A stretch of 64,000 nucleotides of DNA from contig OX597815.1 in assembly GCA_951406725.2 (NCBI GenBank), positions 152,024,001-152,088,000 of the forward strand, written 5' to 3'. The stretch comes from Octopus vulgaris (taxonomy: Eukaryota). How positions within the stretch are numbered: position 1 is the stretch's first letter; every line of letters starts with the position of its first letter. The position numbers were made by a program, and so were the translations under genes. The notes under the pieces were generated by a model, which worked only from the letters and a program-made list of their open reading frames with translations, ran no database searches and was not told the DNA's origin. Shown piece after piece: positions 39,442 to 55,916 of the stretch.

Positions 39442-42147
39442 CTGAAATTCATAATTTCAAGTGTTATAATTTATAGTAAAATTTACCTGCATACACATTC
39501 ACACAAAAAGCTATAATTATTAATCTAAACTTTTACCAATTAAAGACATTAACAGCAACACTGACCAAATGATTTCACAGTTAGTCTTTCTAATCTTTGT
39601 TCAGATTTTGTGATTGAGCCTCATACTTTACCGAAGCCAAATTTGATGTTCCAGTAGATAACACGGTCTTTGATAATTGGATTCTTAAGATGTTAGTAAA
39701 TCATTAACCATCTCACAAATAATTGTATCTTAGCTTCATCCATTCGGTCATGTCATTCTCCACCTCTCTTTCAAGTCATTGTTCTTATCATCCTTTTCTT
39801 GTAACTTTCACTCCCTACATCCTCATTATTCTTCCGTTATCACTTAAACTTATCACTTTCTTAACATGTCTTCATGATTGTAAAAACACATCAGAGAGCA
39901 ATGAGAATTGTATCATATTATGAGATGCAAATAACATGACCAGTGCTAGCACTATGAGGAAATGGCCTCAGTACACACTTGAAAGTGATTGATAAATGAG
40001 AGGAGACAGCATAATTTTCTGTGGAACGTTCAATCTAATTGTGGACATTGGATTCTGATGCTGCCCATCAGCTTGTCGGCTCTGGTCAAACTGTCTAACC
40101 CAGGCCAGCATGGACAATGGACGTAAAATGATGATGATGATGATGACAATCTTATTAGTGCCTGTGTTACAATAAAACATACCCAAGAGACTTTATAAAA
40201 TTGTTGCTGTTAAGATGGTATCTTGTCATAGAAAATCCAGAGTATTTAAGAGAGATGTGTGGCTACTTCAAGCAGTCAAAGTGGATGTTAAGTCTGAATA
40301 AGAACTGGCTTGGATATTGATGACCCATCTAATCGACGGGAGCATGGAAGCAGATGATGAATGATAATGACATTATCATTTATTTTTTTGTATTTATTAT
40401 TTTGCATCTTGCAGCCTGTATATAATCTTTAGGACTTGAAACTTACACCTGTGTAGCAGGGTCTGACTTACAGAAACTGTCGTGTGATGTTATTGTTAAT
40501 ATAAGATCAACATCAAAAAGAACATCTAATCTCATTCATGTTACTACTGTTTTACTACATTTGTCACTGATATTAATTAAGACCAACTATTTACAAAAGG
40601 TCACAGTAATGCTTCATATAATATATCTAAATAGTATCATAAATATACAGAAATATTTAACATTTTATTTTAGGACACAATAACATCTGAACCTTATTGG
40701 ACTATAGGAGTCAATAATGTCAGTTTGTTGAGAAGTGGTTGTGTGCACAAGAAAAACAGTAGAATTACTTACACAGATGGTAATAAAGTTTAAATCTGTT
40801 GGATGAGAGTAGATGATGCTGTTATAAAATCAGGTTAAATTTCAGACATACAAATGTAAATCAATAAATGAATAATATCTGATTCATTACATGATTCATG
40901 TTAACAGTTTGTATATGTAATACAAAAAAAATACTGTCTGACATTGCAATACTAGATATCTATATAAATTGTATATATTCTGAGTAAAAAATAAGTGACT
41001 TTCATTACAGTGAATATGATTATGTCTCAGCACAGATCTATATTGTAGAAGTTCCATCATCATCGTTATCATCATCATGATTGTTGTCGTCAATTAATAT
41101 CTGCTTTCCATGCTGACATGTATTGGACGGTCTGACTGAGAGCTAGCAAGCCAGAAGGTTGCACCAGTCTCCAAACTGATCTGACATGTGTGCATATATA
41201 TGTAAACATACATATACATGCATACATATATATGCATATATATACAGACATATACATACACAAATATATCACAGTGAAAGTATTAACTCACATTACAATG
41301 GCGATTCTATTGTTTCACTTTTGACAAGTAATACTGAAATAGTGTAAGAGATAAGAGATTGCTCTTAGAACACATTAGCCAAGAAGTTGAAAATATGTTT
41401 GGCCCATGACACTGCATGGACCTGAAGTAAGGCATGTGTGAAATTTGTATGAAATCAGCTGGGTAGTTCTCGAGTTTTAGTGATGCACACATACATACAG
41501 ACACACATTTACATGCACACATACATGCATTCTCAGTAATATATATATATATATATCTTTATATAGACTATAAAACATATTCTAACCTGAGATATTCTGG
41601 GAAGATAATCCAGCGAGAAATAATATAGCATATCACATATTAGACTACCGTAAAAATCTGACAACCTCATAAGATGATCAATCAAGAAGAACTTCTAGAG
41701 AACGATTTTATAAACAAAGGAAATTATCTTTAACAATTTTCACCACTTAAAAATATTTCCAGTTGAGATTTGTTATTTAATATCCTACATTAGAAAGCTG
41801 AGAATGATGTTCTTATAAGTACTTTTGACTTTAATTATCAGTTTCCCAAGATGTTAATAACATCATTAAATATCACTGTTGGCTGGCAACTGACAGTCAC
41901 TCAGTCTTGTCATTCTCCAACTCTCTTTCAAATCACCATTATTATCCTCGTTTTCTCACAACTTTCACTCCCTGCATCCTCATTATTCTTCTGTCATCAC
42001 TTCTCAATGTGTCACCTTGAATGAAAGAACATATCATAAGAGCAGTAAGAACTGTCTAATTTTATGGGACGCAAGAAAAACTGACCAATGCTAGTCCTCA
42101 AGGGAAAACTTATAGAAATCAATTTAGTACTTTAGTTTTATACTCAC

Positions 42148-42183
42148 CGACTGGCGCTTCATTTCCATCCCGCATGTGTGGGT
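42148..42183 (-). CDS. Micro-exon type C (36 nt)
   Basis: Identical copy, splice sites intact. Confidence 0.72.
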
Positions 42184-44898
42184 CTGAAATTCATAATTTC
42201 AAGTGTTATAATTTAAAGTAAAATTTACCTGCATACACATTTACACGAAAAGCTATAATTATTAATCTAAACTTTTACCAATTAAAGACATTAACAGCAA
42301 CACTGACCAAATGATTTCACAGTTAGACTTTCTAATGTTTGTTCAGATTTTGTGATTGAGCCTCATACTATAACAAAGCCAAATTTGATGTTCCAGTAGA
42401 TAACACTGTCTTTGATAATTGGATTCTTAAGATGTTAGTAAATCATTAACCATCTCACAAATAATTGTATCTTAGCTTCATCCATTCGGTCATGTCATTC
42501 TCCACCTCTCTTTCAAGTCATTGTTCTTATCATCCTTTTCTTGTAACTTTCACTCCCTACATCCTCATTATTCTTCCGTTATCACTTAAACTTATCACTT
42601 TCTCAACATGTCTTCATGATTGTAAAAACACATCAGAGAGCAATGAGAATTGTATCATATTATGAGATGCAAATAACATGACCAGTGCTAGCACTATGAG
42701 GAAATGGCCCCAGTACACATTTGAAAGTGATTGATAAATGAGAGGAGACAGCATAATTTTCTGTGGAACGTTCAATCTAATTGTGGACATTGGATTCTGA
42801 TGCTGCCCATCAGCTTGTCGGCTCTGGTCAAACTGTCTAACCCAGGCCAGCATGGACAATGGACGTAAAATGATGATGATGATGATGATGACAATCTTAT
42901 TAGTGCCTGTGTTACAATAAAACATACCCAAGAGACTTTATAAAATGGTTGCTGTTAAGATGGTATCTTGTCATAGAAAATCCAGAGTATTTAAGAGAGA
43001 TGTGTGGCTACCTCAAGCAGTCAAAGTGGATGTTAAGTCTGAATAAGAACTGGCTTGGATATTGATGACCCATCTAATCGACGGGAGCATGGAAGCAGAT
43101 GATGAATGATAATGACATTATCATTTATTTTTTTGTATTTATTATTTTGCATCTTGCAGCCTGTATATAATCTTTAGGACTTGAAACTTACACCTGTGTA
43201 GCAGGGTCTGACTTACAGAAACTGTCGTGTGATGTTATTGTTAATATAAGATCAACATCAAAAAGAACATCTAATCTCATTCATGTTACTACTGTTTTAC
43301 TACATTTGTCACTGATATTAATTAAGACCAACTATTTACAAAAGGTCACAGTAATGCTTCATATAATATATCTAAATAGTATCATAAATATACAGAAATA
43401 TTTAACATTTTATTTTAGGACACAATAACATCTGAACCTTATTGGACTATAGGAGTCAATAATGTCAGTTTGTTGAGAAGTGGTTGTGTGCACAAGAAAA
43501 ACAGTAGAATTACTTACACAGATGGTAATAAAGTTTAAATCTGTTGGATGAGAGTAGATGATGCTGTTATAAAATCAGGTTAAATTTCAGACGTACAAAT
43601 GTAAATCAATAAATGAATAATATCTGATTCATTACATGATTCATGTTAACAGTTTGTATATGTAATACAAAAAAAATACTGTCTGACATTGCAATACTAG
43701 ATATCTATATAAATTGTATATATTCTGAGTAAAAAATAAGTGACTTTCATTACAGTGAATATGATTATGTCTCAACACAGATCTATATTGTAGAAGTTCC
43801 ATCATTATCGTTATCATCATCATGATTGTTGTCGTCAATTAATATCTGCTATCCATGCTGACATGTATTGGACGGTCTGACTGAGAGCTGGCAAGCCAGA
43901 AGGTTGCACCAGTCTCCAAACTGATCTGACATGTGTGCATATATATGTAAACATACATATACATGCATACATATATATGCATATATATACAGACATATAC
44001 ATACACAAATATATCACAGTGAAAGTATTAACTCACATTACAATGGCGATTCTATTGTTTCACTTTTGACAAGTAATACTGAAATAGTGTAAGAGATAAG
44101 AGATTGCTCTTAGAACACATTAGGCAAGAAGTTGAAAATTTGTTTGGCCCATGACACTGCATGGACCTGAAGTAAGGCATGTGTGAAATTTGTATGAAAT
44201 CAGCTGGGTAGTTCTCGAGTTTTAGTGATGCACACATACATACAGACACACATTTACATGCACACATACATGCATTCTCAGTAATATATATATATATATA
44301 TATATATCTTTATATAGACTATAAAACATATTCTAACCTGAGATATTCTGGGAAGATAATCCAGCGAGAAATAATATAGCATATCACATATTAGACTACC
44401 GTAAAAATCTGACAACCTCATAAGATTGAAAATCAAGAAGAACTTCTAGGGAACGATTTTATAAACAAAGGAAATTATCTTTAACAATTTTCACCACTTA
44501 AAAATATTTCCAGTTCAGATTTGTTATTTAATCTCCTACATTAGAAAGCTGAGAATGATGTTCTTATAAGTACTTTTGACTTTAATTATCAGTTTCCCAA
44601 GATGTTAATAACATCATTAATCATCACTGTTGGCTGGCAACTGACAGTCACTCAGTCTTGTCATTCTCCAACTCTCTTTCAAATCACCATTATTATCCTC
44701 GTTTTCTCACAACTTTCACTCCCTGCATCCTCATTATTCTTCTGTCATCACTTCTCAATGTGTCACCTTGAATGAAAGAACATATCATAAGAGCAGTAAG
44801 AACTGTCTAATTTTATGGGATGCAAGAAAAACTGACCAATGCTAGTCCTCAAGGGAAAACTTATAGAAATCAATTTAGTACTTTAGTTTTATACTCAC

Positions 44899-44934
44899 CG
44901 ACTGGCGCTTCATTTCCATCCCGCATGTGTGGGT
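44899..44934 (-). CDS. Micro-exon type C (36 nt)
   Basis: Identical copy, splice sites intact. Confidence 0.72.
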
Positions 44935-47653
44935 CTGAAATTCATAATTTCAAGTGTTATAATTTATAGTAAAATTTAGCTGCATACACATTCAAACAAA
45001 AAGCTATAATTATTAATCTAAACTTTTACCAATTAAATACATTAACAGCAACACTGACCAAATGATTTCACAGTTAGACTTTCTAATGTTTGTTCAGATT
45101 TTGTGATTGAGCCTCATACTATACCAAAGCCAAATTTGATGCTCCAGTAGATAACACTGTCTTTGATAATTGGATTCTTAAGATGTTAGTAAATCATTAA
45201 CCATCTCACAAATAATTATATCTTAGCTTCATCCATTCGGTCATGTCATTCTCCACCTCTCTTTCAAGTCATTGTTCTTATCATCCTTTTCTTGTAACTT
45301 TCACTCCCTACATCCTCATTATTCTTCCGTTATCACTTAAACTTATCACTTTCTCAACATGTCTTCATGATTGTAAAAACACATCAGAGAGCAATGAGAA
45401 TTGTATCATATTATGAGATGCAAATAACATGACCAGTGCTAGCACTATGAGGAAATGGCCCCAGTACACACTTGAAAGTGATTGATAAATGAGAGGAGAC
45501 AGCATAATTTTCTGTGGAACGTTCAATCTAATTGTGGACATTGGATTCTGAATCTGCCCATCAGCTTGTCGGCTCTGGTCAAACTGTCTAACCCAGGCCA
45601 GCATGGACAATGGACGTAAAATGATGATGATGATGATGATGACAATCTTATTAGTGCCTGTGTTACAATAAAACATACCCAAGAGACTTTATAAAATGGT
45701 TGCTGTTAAGATGGTATCTTGTCATAGAAAATCCAGAGTATTTAAGAGAGATGTGTGGCTACCTCAAGCAGTCAAAGTGGATGTTAAGTCTGAATAAGAA
45801 CTGGCTTGGATATTGATGACCCATCTAATCGACGGGAGCATGGAAGCAGATGATGAATGATAATGACATTATCATTTATTTTTTTGTATTTATTATTTTG
45901 CATCTTGCAGCCTGTATATAATCTTTAGGACTTGAAACTTACACCTGTGTAGCAGGGTCTGACTTACAGAAACTGTCGTGTGATGTTATTGTTAATATAA
46001 GATCAACATCAAAAAGAACATCTAATCTCATTCATGTTACTACTGTTTTACTACATTTGTCACTGATATTAATTAAGACCAACTATTTACAAAAGGTCAC
46101 AGTAATGCTTCATATAATATATCTAAATAGTATCATAAATATACAGAAATATTTAACATTTTATTTTAGGACACAATAACATCTGAACCTTATTGGACTA
46201 TAGGAGTCAATAATGTCAGTTTGTTGAGAAGTGGTTGTGTGCACAAGAAAAACAGTAGAATTACTTACACAGATGGTAATAAAGTTTAAATCTGTTGGAT
46301 GAGAGTAGATGATGCTGTTATAAAATCAGGTTAAATTTCAGACGTACAAATGTAAATCAATAAATGAATAATATCTGATTCATTACATGATTCATGTTAA
46401 CAATTTGTATATGTAATACAAAAAAAATACTGTCTGACATTGCAATACTAGATATCTATATAAATTGTATATATTCTGAGTAAAAAATAAGTGACTTTCA
46501 TTACAGTGAATATGATTATGTCTCAACACAGATCTATATTGTAGAAGTTCCATCATTATCGTTATCATCATCATGATTGTTGTCGTCAATTAATATCTGC
46601 TTTCCATGCTGACATGTATTGGACGGTCTGACTGAGAGCTGGCAAGCCAGAAGGTTGCACCAGTCTCCAAACTGATCTGACATGTGTGCATATATATGTA
46701 AACATACATATACATGCATACATATATATGCATATATATACAGACATATACATACACAAATATATCACAGTGAAAGTATTAACTCACATTACAATGGCGA
46801 TTCTATTGTTTCACTTTTGACAAGTAATACTGAAATAGTGTAAGAGATAAGAGATTGCTCTTAGAACACATTAGGCAAGAAGTTGAAAATTTGTTTGGCC
46901 CATGACACTGCATGGACCTGAAGTAAGGCATGTGTGAAATTTGTATGAAATCAGCTGGGTAGTTCTCGAGTTTTAGTGATGCACACATACATACAGACAC
47001 ACATTTACATGCACACATACATGCATTCTCAGTAATATATATATATATATATATATATATATCTTTATATAGACTATAAAACATATTCTAACCTGAGATA
47101 TTCTGGGAAGATAATCCAGCGAGAAATAATATAGCATATCACATATTAGACTACCGTAAAAATCTGACAACCTCATAAGATTGAAAATCAAGAAGAACTT
47201 CTAGAGAACGATTTTATAAACAAAGGAAATTATCTTTAACAATTTTCACCACTTAAAAATATTTCCAGTTGAGATTTGTTATTTAATCTCCTACATTAGA
47301 AAGCTGAGAATGATGTTCTTATAAGTACTTTTGACTTTAGTTATCAGTTTCCCAAGATGTTAATAACATCATTAATCATCACTGTTGGTTGGCAACTGAC
47401 AGTCACTCAGTCTTGTCATTCTCCAACTCTCTTTCAAATCACCATTATTATCCTCGTTTTCTCACAACTTTCACTCCCTGCATCCTCATTATTCTTCTGT
47501 CATCACTTCTCAATGTGTCACATTGAATGAAAGAACATATCATAAGAGCAGTAAGAACTGTCTAATTTTATGGGACGCAAGAAAAACTGACCAATGCTAG
47601 TCCTCAAGGGAAAACTTATAGAAATCAATTTAGTACTTTAGTTTTATACTCAC

Positions 47654-47689
47654 CGACTGGCGCTTCATTTCCATCCCGCATGTGTGGGT
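47654..47689 (-). CDS. Micro-exon type C (36 nt)
   Basis: Identical copy, splice sites intact. Confidence 0.72.
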
Positions 47690-50394
47690 CTGAAATTCAT
47701 AATTTCAAGTGTTATAATTTATAGTAAAATTTACCTGCATACACATTCACACAAAAAGCGATAATTATTAATCTAAACTTTTACCAATTAAAGACATTAA
47801 CAGCAACACTGACCAAATGATTTCACAGTTAGACTTTCTAATGTTTGTTCAGATTTTGTGATTGAGCCTCATACTTTACCAAAGCCAAATTTGATGTTCC
47901 AGTAGATAACACTGTCTTTGATAATTGGATTCTTAAGATGTTAGTAAATCATTAACCATCTCACAAATAATTGTATCTTAGCTTCATCCATTCGGTCATG
48001 TCATTCTCCACCTCTCTTTCAAGTCATTGTTCTTATCATCCTTTTCTTGTAACTTTCACTCCCTACATCCTCATTATTCTTCCGTTATCACTTAAACTTA
48101 TCACTTTCTCAACATGTCTTCATGATTGTAAAAACACATCAGAGAGCAATGAGAATTGTATCATATTATGAGATGCAAATAACATGACCAGTGCTAGCAC
48201 TATGAGGAAATGGCCCCAGTACACACTTGAAAGTGATTGATAAATGAGAGGAGACAGCATAATTTTCTGTGGAACGTTCAATCTAATTGTGGACATTGGA
48301 TTCTGATGCTGCCCATCAGCTTGTCGGCTCTGGTCAAACTGTCTAACCCAGGCCAGCATGGACAATGGACGTAAAATGATGATGATGATGATGACAATCT
48401 TATTAGTGCCTGTGTTACAATAAAACATACCCAAGAGACTTTATAAAATTGTTGCTGTTAAGATGGTATCTTGTCAGAGAAAATCCAGAGTATTTAAGAG
48501 AGATGTGTGGCTACCTCAAGCAGTCAAAGTGGATGTTAAGTCTGAATAAGAACTGGCTTGGATATTGATGACCCATCTAATCGACGGGAGCATGGAAGCA
48601 GATGATGAATGATAATGACATTATCATTTATTTTTGTATTTATTATTTTGCATCTTGCAGCCTGTATATAATCTTTAGGACTTGAAACTTACACCTGTGT
48701 AGCAGGGTCTGACTTACAGAAACTGTCGTGTGATGTTATTGTTAATATAAGATCAACATCAAAAAGAACATCTAATCTCATTCATGTTACTACTGTTTTA
48801 CTACATTTGTCACTGATATTAATTAAGACCAACTATTTACAAAAGGTCACAGTAATGCTTCATATAATATATCTAAATAGTATCATAAATATACAGAAAT
48901 ATTTAACATTTTATTTTAGGACACAATAACATCTGAACCTTATTGGACTATAGGAGTCAATAATGTCAGTTTGTTGAGAAGTGGTTGTGTGCACAAGAAA
49001 AACAGTAGAATTACTTACACAGATGGTAATAAAGTTTAAATCTGTTGGATGAGAGTAGATGATGCTGTTATAAAATCAGGTTAAATTTCAGACGTACAAA
49101 TGTAAATCAATAAATGAATAATATCTGATTCATTACATGATTCATGTTAACAGTTTGTATATGTAATACAAAAAAAATACTGTCTGACATTGCAATACTA
49201 GATATCTATATAAATTGTATATATTCTGAGTAAAAATAAGTGACTTTCATTACAGTGAATATGATTATGTCTCAACACAGATCTATATTGTAGAAGTTCC
49301 ATCATTATCGTTATCATCATCATGATTGTTGTCGTCAATTAATATCTGCTTTCCATGCTGACATGTATTGGACGGTCTGACTGAGAGCTGGCAAGCCAGA
49401 AGGTTGCACCAGTCTCCAAACTGATCTGACATGTGTGCATATATATGTAAACATACATATACATGCATACATATATATGCATATATATACAGACATATAC
49501 ATACACAAATATATCACAGTGAAAGTATTAACTCAAATTACAATGGCGATTCTATTGTTTCACTTTTGACAAGTAATACTGAAATAGTGTAAGAGATAAG
49601 AGATTGCTCTTAGAACACATTAGGCAAGAAGTTGAAAATTTGTTTGGCCCATGACACTGCATGGACCTGAAGTAAGGCATGTGTGAAATTTGTATGAAAT
49701 CAGCTGGGTAGTTCTCGAGTTTTAGTGATGCACACATACATACAGACACACATTTACATGCACACATACATGCATTCTCAGTAATATATATATATATATA
49801 TATCTTTATATAGACTATAAAACATATTCTAACCTGAGATATTCTGGGAAGATAATCCAGCGAGAAATAATATAGCATATCACATATTAGACTACCGTAA
49901 AAATCTGACAACCTCATAAGATGATCAATCAAGAAGAACTTCTAGAGAACGATTTTATAAACAAAGGAAATTATCTTTAACAAGTTTCACCACTTAAAAA
50001 TATTTCCAGTTGAGATTTGTTATTTAATCTCCTACATTAGAAAGCTGAGAATGATGTTCTTATAAGTACTTTTGACTTTAATTATCAGTTTCCCAAGATG
50101 TTAATAACATCATTAAATATCACTGTTGGCTGGCAACTGACAGTCACTCAGTCTTGTCATTCTCCAACTCTCTTTCAAATCACCATTATTATCCTCGTTT
50201 TCTCACAACTTTCACTCCCTGCATCCTCATTATTCTTCTGTCATCACTTCTCAATGTGTCACCTTGAATGAAAGAACATATCATAAGAGCAGTAAGAACT
50301 GTCTAATTTTATGGGACGCAAGAAAAACTGACCAATGCTAGTCCTCAAGGGAAAACTTATAGAAATCAATTTAGTACTTTAGTTTTATACTCAC

Positions 50395-50430
50395 CGACTG
50401 GCGCTTCATTTCCATCCCGCATGTGTGGGT
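50395..50430 (-). CDS. Micro-exon type C (36 nt)
   Basis: Identical copy, splice sites intact. Confidence 0.72.
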
Positions 50431-53140
50431 CTGAAATTCATAATTTCAAGTGTTATAATTTATAGTAAAATTTACCTGCATACACATTCACACAAAAAGC
50501 TATAATTATTAATCTAAACTTTTACCAATTAAAGACATTAACAGCAACACTGACCAAATGATTTCACAGTTAGACTTTCTAATGTTTGTTCAGATTTTGT
50601 GATTGAGCCTCATACTATAACAAAGCCAAATTTGATGTTCCAGTAGATAACACTGTCTTTGATAATTGGATTCTTAAGATGTTAGTAAATCATTAACCAT
50701 CTCACAAATAATTGTATCTTAGCTTCATCCATTCGGTCATGTCATTCTCCACCTCTCTTTCAAGTCATTGTTCTTATCATCCTTTTCTTGTAACTTTCAC
50801 TCCCTACATCCTCATTATTCTTCCGTTATCACTTAAACTTATCACTTTCTCAACATGTCTTCATGATTGTAAAAACACATCAGAGAGCAATGAGAATTGT
50901 ATCATATTATGAGATGCAAATAACATGACCAGTGCTAGCACTATGAGGAAATGGCCCCAGTACACATTTGAAAGTGATTGATAAATGAGAGGAGACAGCA
51001 TTATTTTCTGTGGAACGTTCAATCTAATTGTGGACATTGGATTCTGATGCTGCCCATCAGCTTGTCGGCTCTGGTCAAACTGTCTAACCCAGGCCAGCAT
51101 GGACAATGGACGTAAAATGATGATGATGATGATGATGACAATCTTATTAGTGCCTGTGTTACAATAAAACATACCCAAGAGACTTTATAAAATGGTTGCT
51201 GTTAAGATGGTATCTTGTCATAGAAAATCCAGAGTATTTAAGAGAGATGTGTGGCTACCTCAAGCAGTCAAAGTGGATGTTAAGTCTGAATAAGAACTGG
51301 CTTGGATATTGATGACCCATCTAATCGACGGGAGCATGGAAGCAGATGATGAATGATAATGACATTATCATTTATTTTTTTGTATTTATTATTTTGCATC
51401 TTGCAGCCTGTATATAATCTTTAGGACTTGAAACTTACACCTGTGTAGCAGGGTCTGACTTACAGAAACTGTCGTGTGATGTTATTGTTAATATAAGATC
51501 AACATCAAAAAGAACATCTAATCTCATTCATGTTACTACTGTTTTACTACATTTGTCACTGATATTAATTAAGACCAACTATTTACAAAAGGTCACAGTA
51601 ATGCTTCATATAATATATCTAAATAGTATCATAAATATACAGAAATATTTAACATTTTATTTTAGGACACAATAACATCTGAACCTTATTGGACTATAGG
51701 AGTCAATAATGTCAGTTTGTTGAGAAGTGGTTGTGTGCACAAGAAAAACAGTAGAATTACTTACACAGATGGTAATAAAGTTTAAATCTGTTGGATGAGA
51801 GTAGATGATGCTGTTATAAAATCAGGTTAAATTTCAGACGTACAAATGTAAATCAATAAATGAATAATATCTGATTCATTACATGATTCATGTTAACAGT
51901 TTGTATATGTAATACAAAAAAAATACTGTCTGACATTGCAATACTAGATATCTATATAAATTGTATATATTCTGAGTAAAAAATAAGTGACTTTCATTAC
52001 AGTGAATATGATTATGTCTCAACACAGATCTATATTGTAGAAGTTCCATCATTATCGTTATCATCATCATGATTGTTGTCGTCAATTAATATCTGCTTTC
52101 CATGCTGACATGTATTGGACGGTCTGACTGAGAGCTGGCAAGCCAGAAGGTTGCACCAGTCTCCAAACTGATCTGACATGTGTGCATATATATGTAAACA
52201 TACATATACATGCATACATATATATGCATATATATACAGACATATACATACACAAATATATCACAGTGAAAGTATTAACTCACATTACAATGGCGATTCT
52301 ATTGTTTCACTTTTGACAAGTAATACTGAAATAGTGTAAGAGATAAGAGATTGCTCTTAGAACACATTAGGCAAGAAGTTGAAAATTTGTTTGGCCCATG
52401 ACACTGCATGGACCTGAAGTAAGGCATGTGTGAAATTTGTATGAAATCAGCTGGGTAGTTCTCGAGTTTTAGTGATGCACACATACATACAGACACACAT
52501 TTACATGCACACATACATGCATTCTCAGTAATATATATATATATATATATCTTTATATAGACTATAAAACATATTCTAACCTGAGATATTCTGGGAAGAT
52601 AATCCAGCGAGAAATAATATAGCATATCACATATTAGACTACCGTAAAAATCTGACAACCTCATAAGATTGAAATTCAAGAAGAACTTCTAGGGAACGAT
52701 TTTATAAACAAAGGAAATTATCTTTAACAATTTTTACCACTTAAAAATATTTCCAGTTGAGATTTGTTATTTAATCTCCTACATTAGAAAGCTGGGAATG
52801 ATGTTCTTATAAGTACTTTTGACTTAAATATCAGTTTCCCAAGATGTTAATAACATCATTAATCATCACTGTTGGCTGGCAACTGACAGTCACTCAGTCT
52901 TGTCATTCTCCAACTCTCTTTCAAATCACCATTATTATCCTCGTTTTCTCACAACTTTCACTCCCTGCATCCTCACTATTCTTCTGTCATCACTTCTCAA
53001 TGTGTCACCTTGAATGAAAAAACATATCATAAGAGCAGTAAGAACTGTCTAATTTTATGGGACGCAAGAAAAACTGACCAATGCTAGTCCTCAAGGGAAA
53101 ACTTATAGAAATCAATTTAGTACTTTAGTTTTATACTCAC

Positions 53141-53176
53141 CGACTGGCGCTTCATTTCCATCCCGCATGTGTGGGT
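53141..53176 (-). CDS. Micro-exon type C (36 nt)
   Basis: Identical copy, splice sites intact. Confidence 0.72.
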
Positions 53177-55880
53177 CTGAAATTCATAATTTCAAGTGTA
53201 ATAATTTATAGTAAAATTTACCTGCATACACATTCACACAAAAAGCTATAATTATTAATCTAAACTTTTACCAATTAAAGACATTAACAGCAACACTGAC
53301 CAAATGATTTCACAGTTAGACTTTCTAATGTTTGTTCAGATTTTGTGATTGAGCCTCATACTATAACAAAGCCAAATTTGATGTTCCAGTAGATAACACT
53401 GTCTTTGATAATTGGATTCTTAAGATGTTAGTAAATCATTAACCATCTCACAAATAATTGTATCTTAGCTTCATCCATTCGGTCATGTCATTCTCCACCT
53501 CTCTTTCAAGTCATTGTTCTTATCATCCTTTTCTTGTAACTTTCACTCCCTACATCCTCATTATTCTTCCGTTATCACTTAAACTTATCACTTTCTCAAC
53601 ATGTCTTCATGAGTGTAAAAACACATCAGAGAGCAATGAGAATTGTATCATATTATGAGATGCAAATAACATGACCAGTGCTAGCACTATGAGGAAATGG
53701 CCCCAGTACACACTTGAAAGTGATTGATAAATGAGAGGAGACAGCATAATTTTCTGTGGAACGTTCAATCTAATTGTGGACATTGGATTCTGATGCTGCC
53801 CATCAGCTTGTCGGCTCTGGTCAAACTGTCTAACCCAGGCCAGCATGGACAATGGACGTAAAATGATGATGATGATGATGACAATCTTATTAGTGCCTGT
53901 GTTACAATAAAACATACCCAAGAGACTTTATAAAATGGTTGCTGTTAAGATGGTATCTTGTCATAGAAAATCCAGAGTATTTAAGAGAGATGTGTGGCTA
54001 CTTCAAGCAGTCAAAGTGGATGTTAAGTCTGAATAAGAACTGGCTTGGATATTGATGACCCATCTAATCGACGGGAGCATGGAAGCAGATGATGAATGAT
54101 AATGACATTATCATTTATTTTTTGTATTTATTATTTTGCATCTTGCAGCCTGTATATAATCTTTAGGACTTGAAACTTACACCTGTGTAGCAGGGTCTGA
54201 CTTACAGAAACTGTCGTGTGATGTTATTGTTAATATAAGATCAACATCAAAAAGAACATCTAATCTCATTCATGTTACTACTGTTTTACTACATTTGTCA
54301 CTGATATTAATTAAGACCAACTATTTACAAAAGGTCACAGTAATGCTTCATATAATATATCTAAATAGTATCATAAATATACAGAAATATTTAACATTTT
54401 ATTTTAGGACACAATAACATCTGAACCTTATTGGACTATAGGAGTCAATAATGTCAGTTTGTTGAGAAGTGGTTGTGTGCACAAGAAAAACAGTAGAATT
54501 ACTTACACAGATGGTAATAAAGTTTAAATCTGTTGGATGAGAGTAGATGATGCTGTTATAAAATCAGGTTAAATTTCAGACGTACAAATGTAAATCAATA
54601 AATGAATAATATCTGATTCATTACATGATTCATGTTAACAGTTTGTATATGTAATACAAAAAAAAATACTGTCTGACATTGCAATACTAGATATCTATAT
54701 AAATTGTATATATTCTGAGTAAAAAATAAGTGACTTTCATTACTGTGAATATGATTATGTCTCAACACAGATCTATATTGTAGAAGTTCCATCATTATCG
54801 TTATCATCATCATGATTGTTGTCGTCAATTAATATCTGCTTTCCATGCTGACATGTATTGGACGGTCTGACTGAGAGCTGGCAAGCCAGAAGGTTGCACC
54901 AGTCTCCAAACTGATCTGACATGTGTGCATATATATGTAAACATACATATACATGCATACATATATATGCATATATATACAGACATATACATACACAAAT
55001 ATATCACAGTGAAAGTATTAACTCACATTACAATGGCGATTCTATTGTTTCACTTTTGACAAGTAATACTGAAATAGTGTAAGAGATAAGAGATTGCTCT
55101 TAGAACACATTAGCCAAGAAGTTGAAAATACGTTTGGCCCATGACACTGCATGGACCTGAAGTAAGGCATGTGGGAAATTTGTATGAAATCAGCTGGGTA
55201 GTTCTCGAGTTTTAGTGATGCACACATACATACAGACACACATTTACATGCACACATACATGCATTCTCTGTAATATATATATATATATATCTTTATATA
55301 GACTATAAAACATATTCTAACCTGAGATATTCTGGGAAGATAATCCAGCGAGAAATAATATAGCATATCACATATTAGACTACCGTAAAAATCTGACAAC
55401 CTCATAAGATGATCAATCAAGAAGAACTTCTAGAGAACGATTTTATAAACAAAGGAAATTATCTTTAACAATTTTCACCACTTAAAAATATTTCCAGTTG
55501 AGATTTGTTATTTAATCTCCTACATTAGAAAGCTGGGAATGATGTTCTTATAAGTACTTTTGACTTAAATATCAGTTTCCCAAGATGTTAATAACATCAT
55601 TAATCATCACTGTTGGCTGGCAACTGACAGTCACTCAGTCTTGTCATTCTCCAACTCTCTTCAAATCACCATTATTATCCTCGTTTTCTCACAACTTTCA
55701 CTCCCTGCATCCTCACTATTCTTCTGTCATCACTTCTCAATGTGTCACCTTGAATGAAAGAACATATCATAAGAGCAGTAAGAACTGTCTAATTTTATGG
55801 GACGCAAGAAAAACTGACCAATGCTAGTCCTCAAGGGAAAACTTATAGAAATCAATTTAGTACTTTAGTTTTATACTCAC

Positions 55881-55916
55881 CGACTGGCGCTTCATTTCCA
55901 TCCCGCATGTGTGGGT
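55881..55916 (-). CDS. Micro-exon type C (36 nt)
   Basis: Identical copy, splice sites intact. Confidence 0.72.
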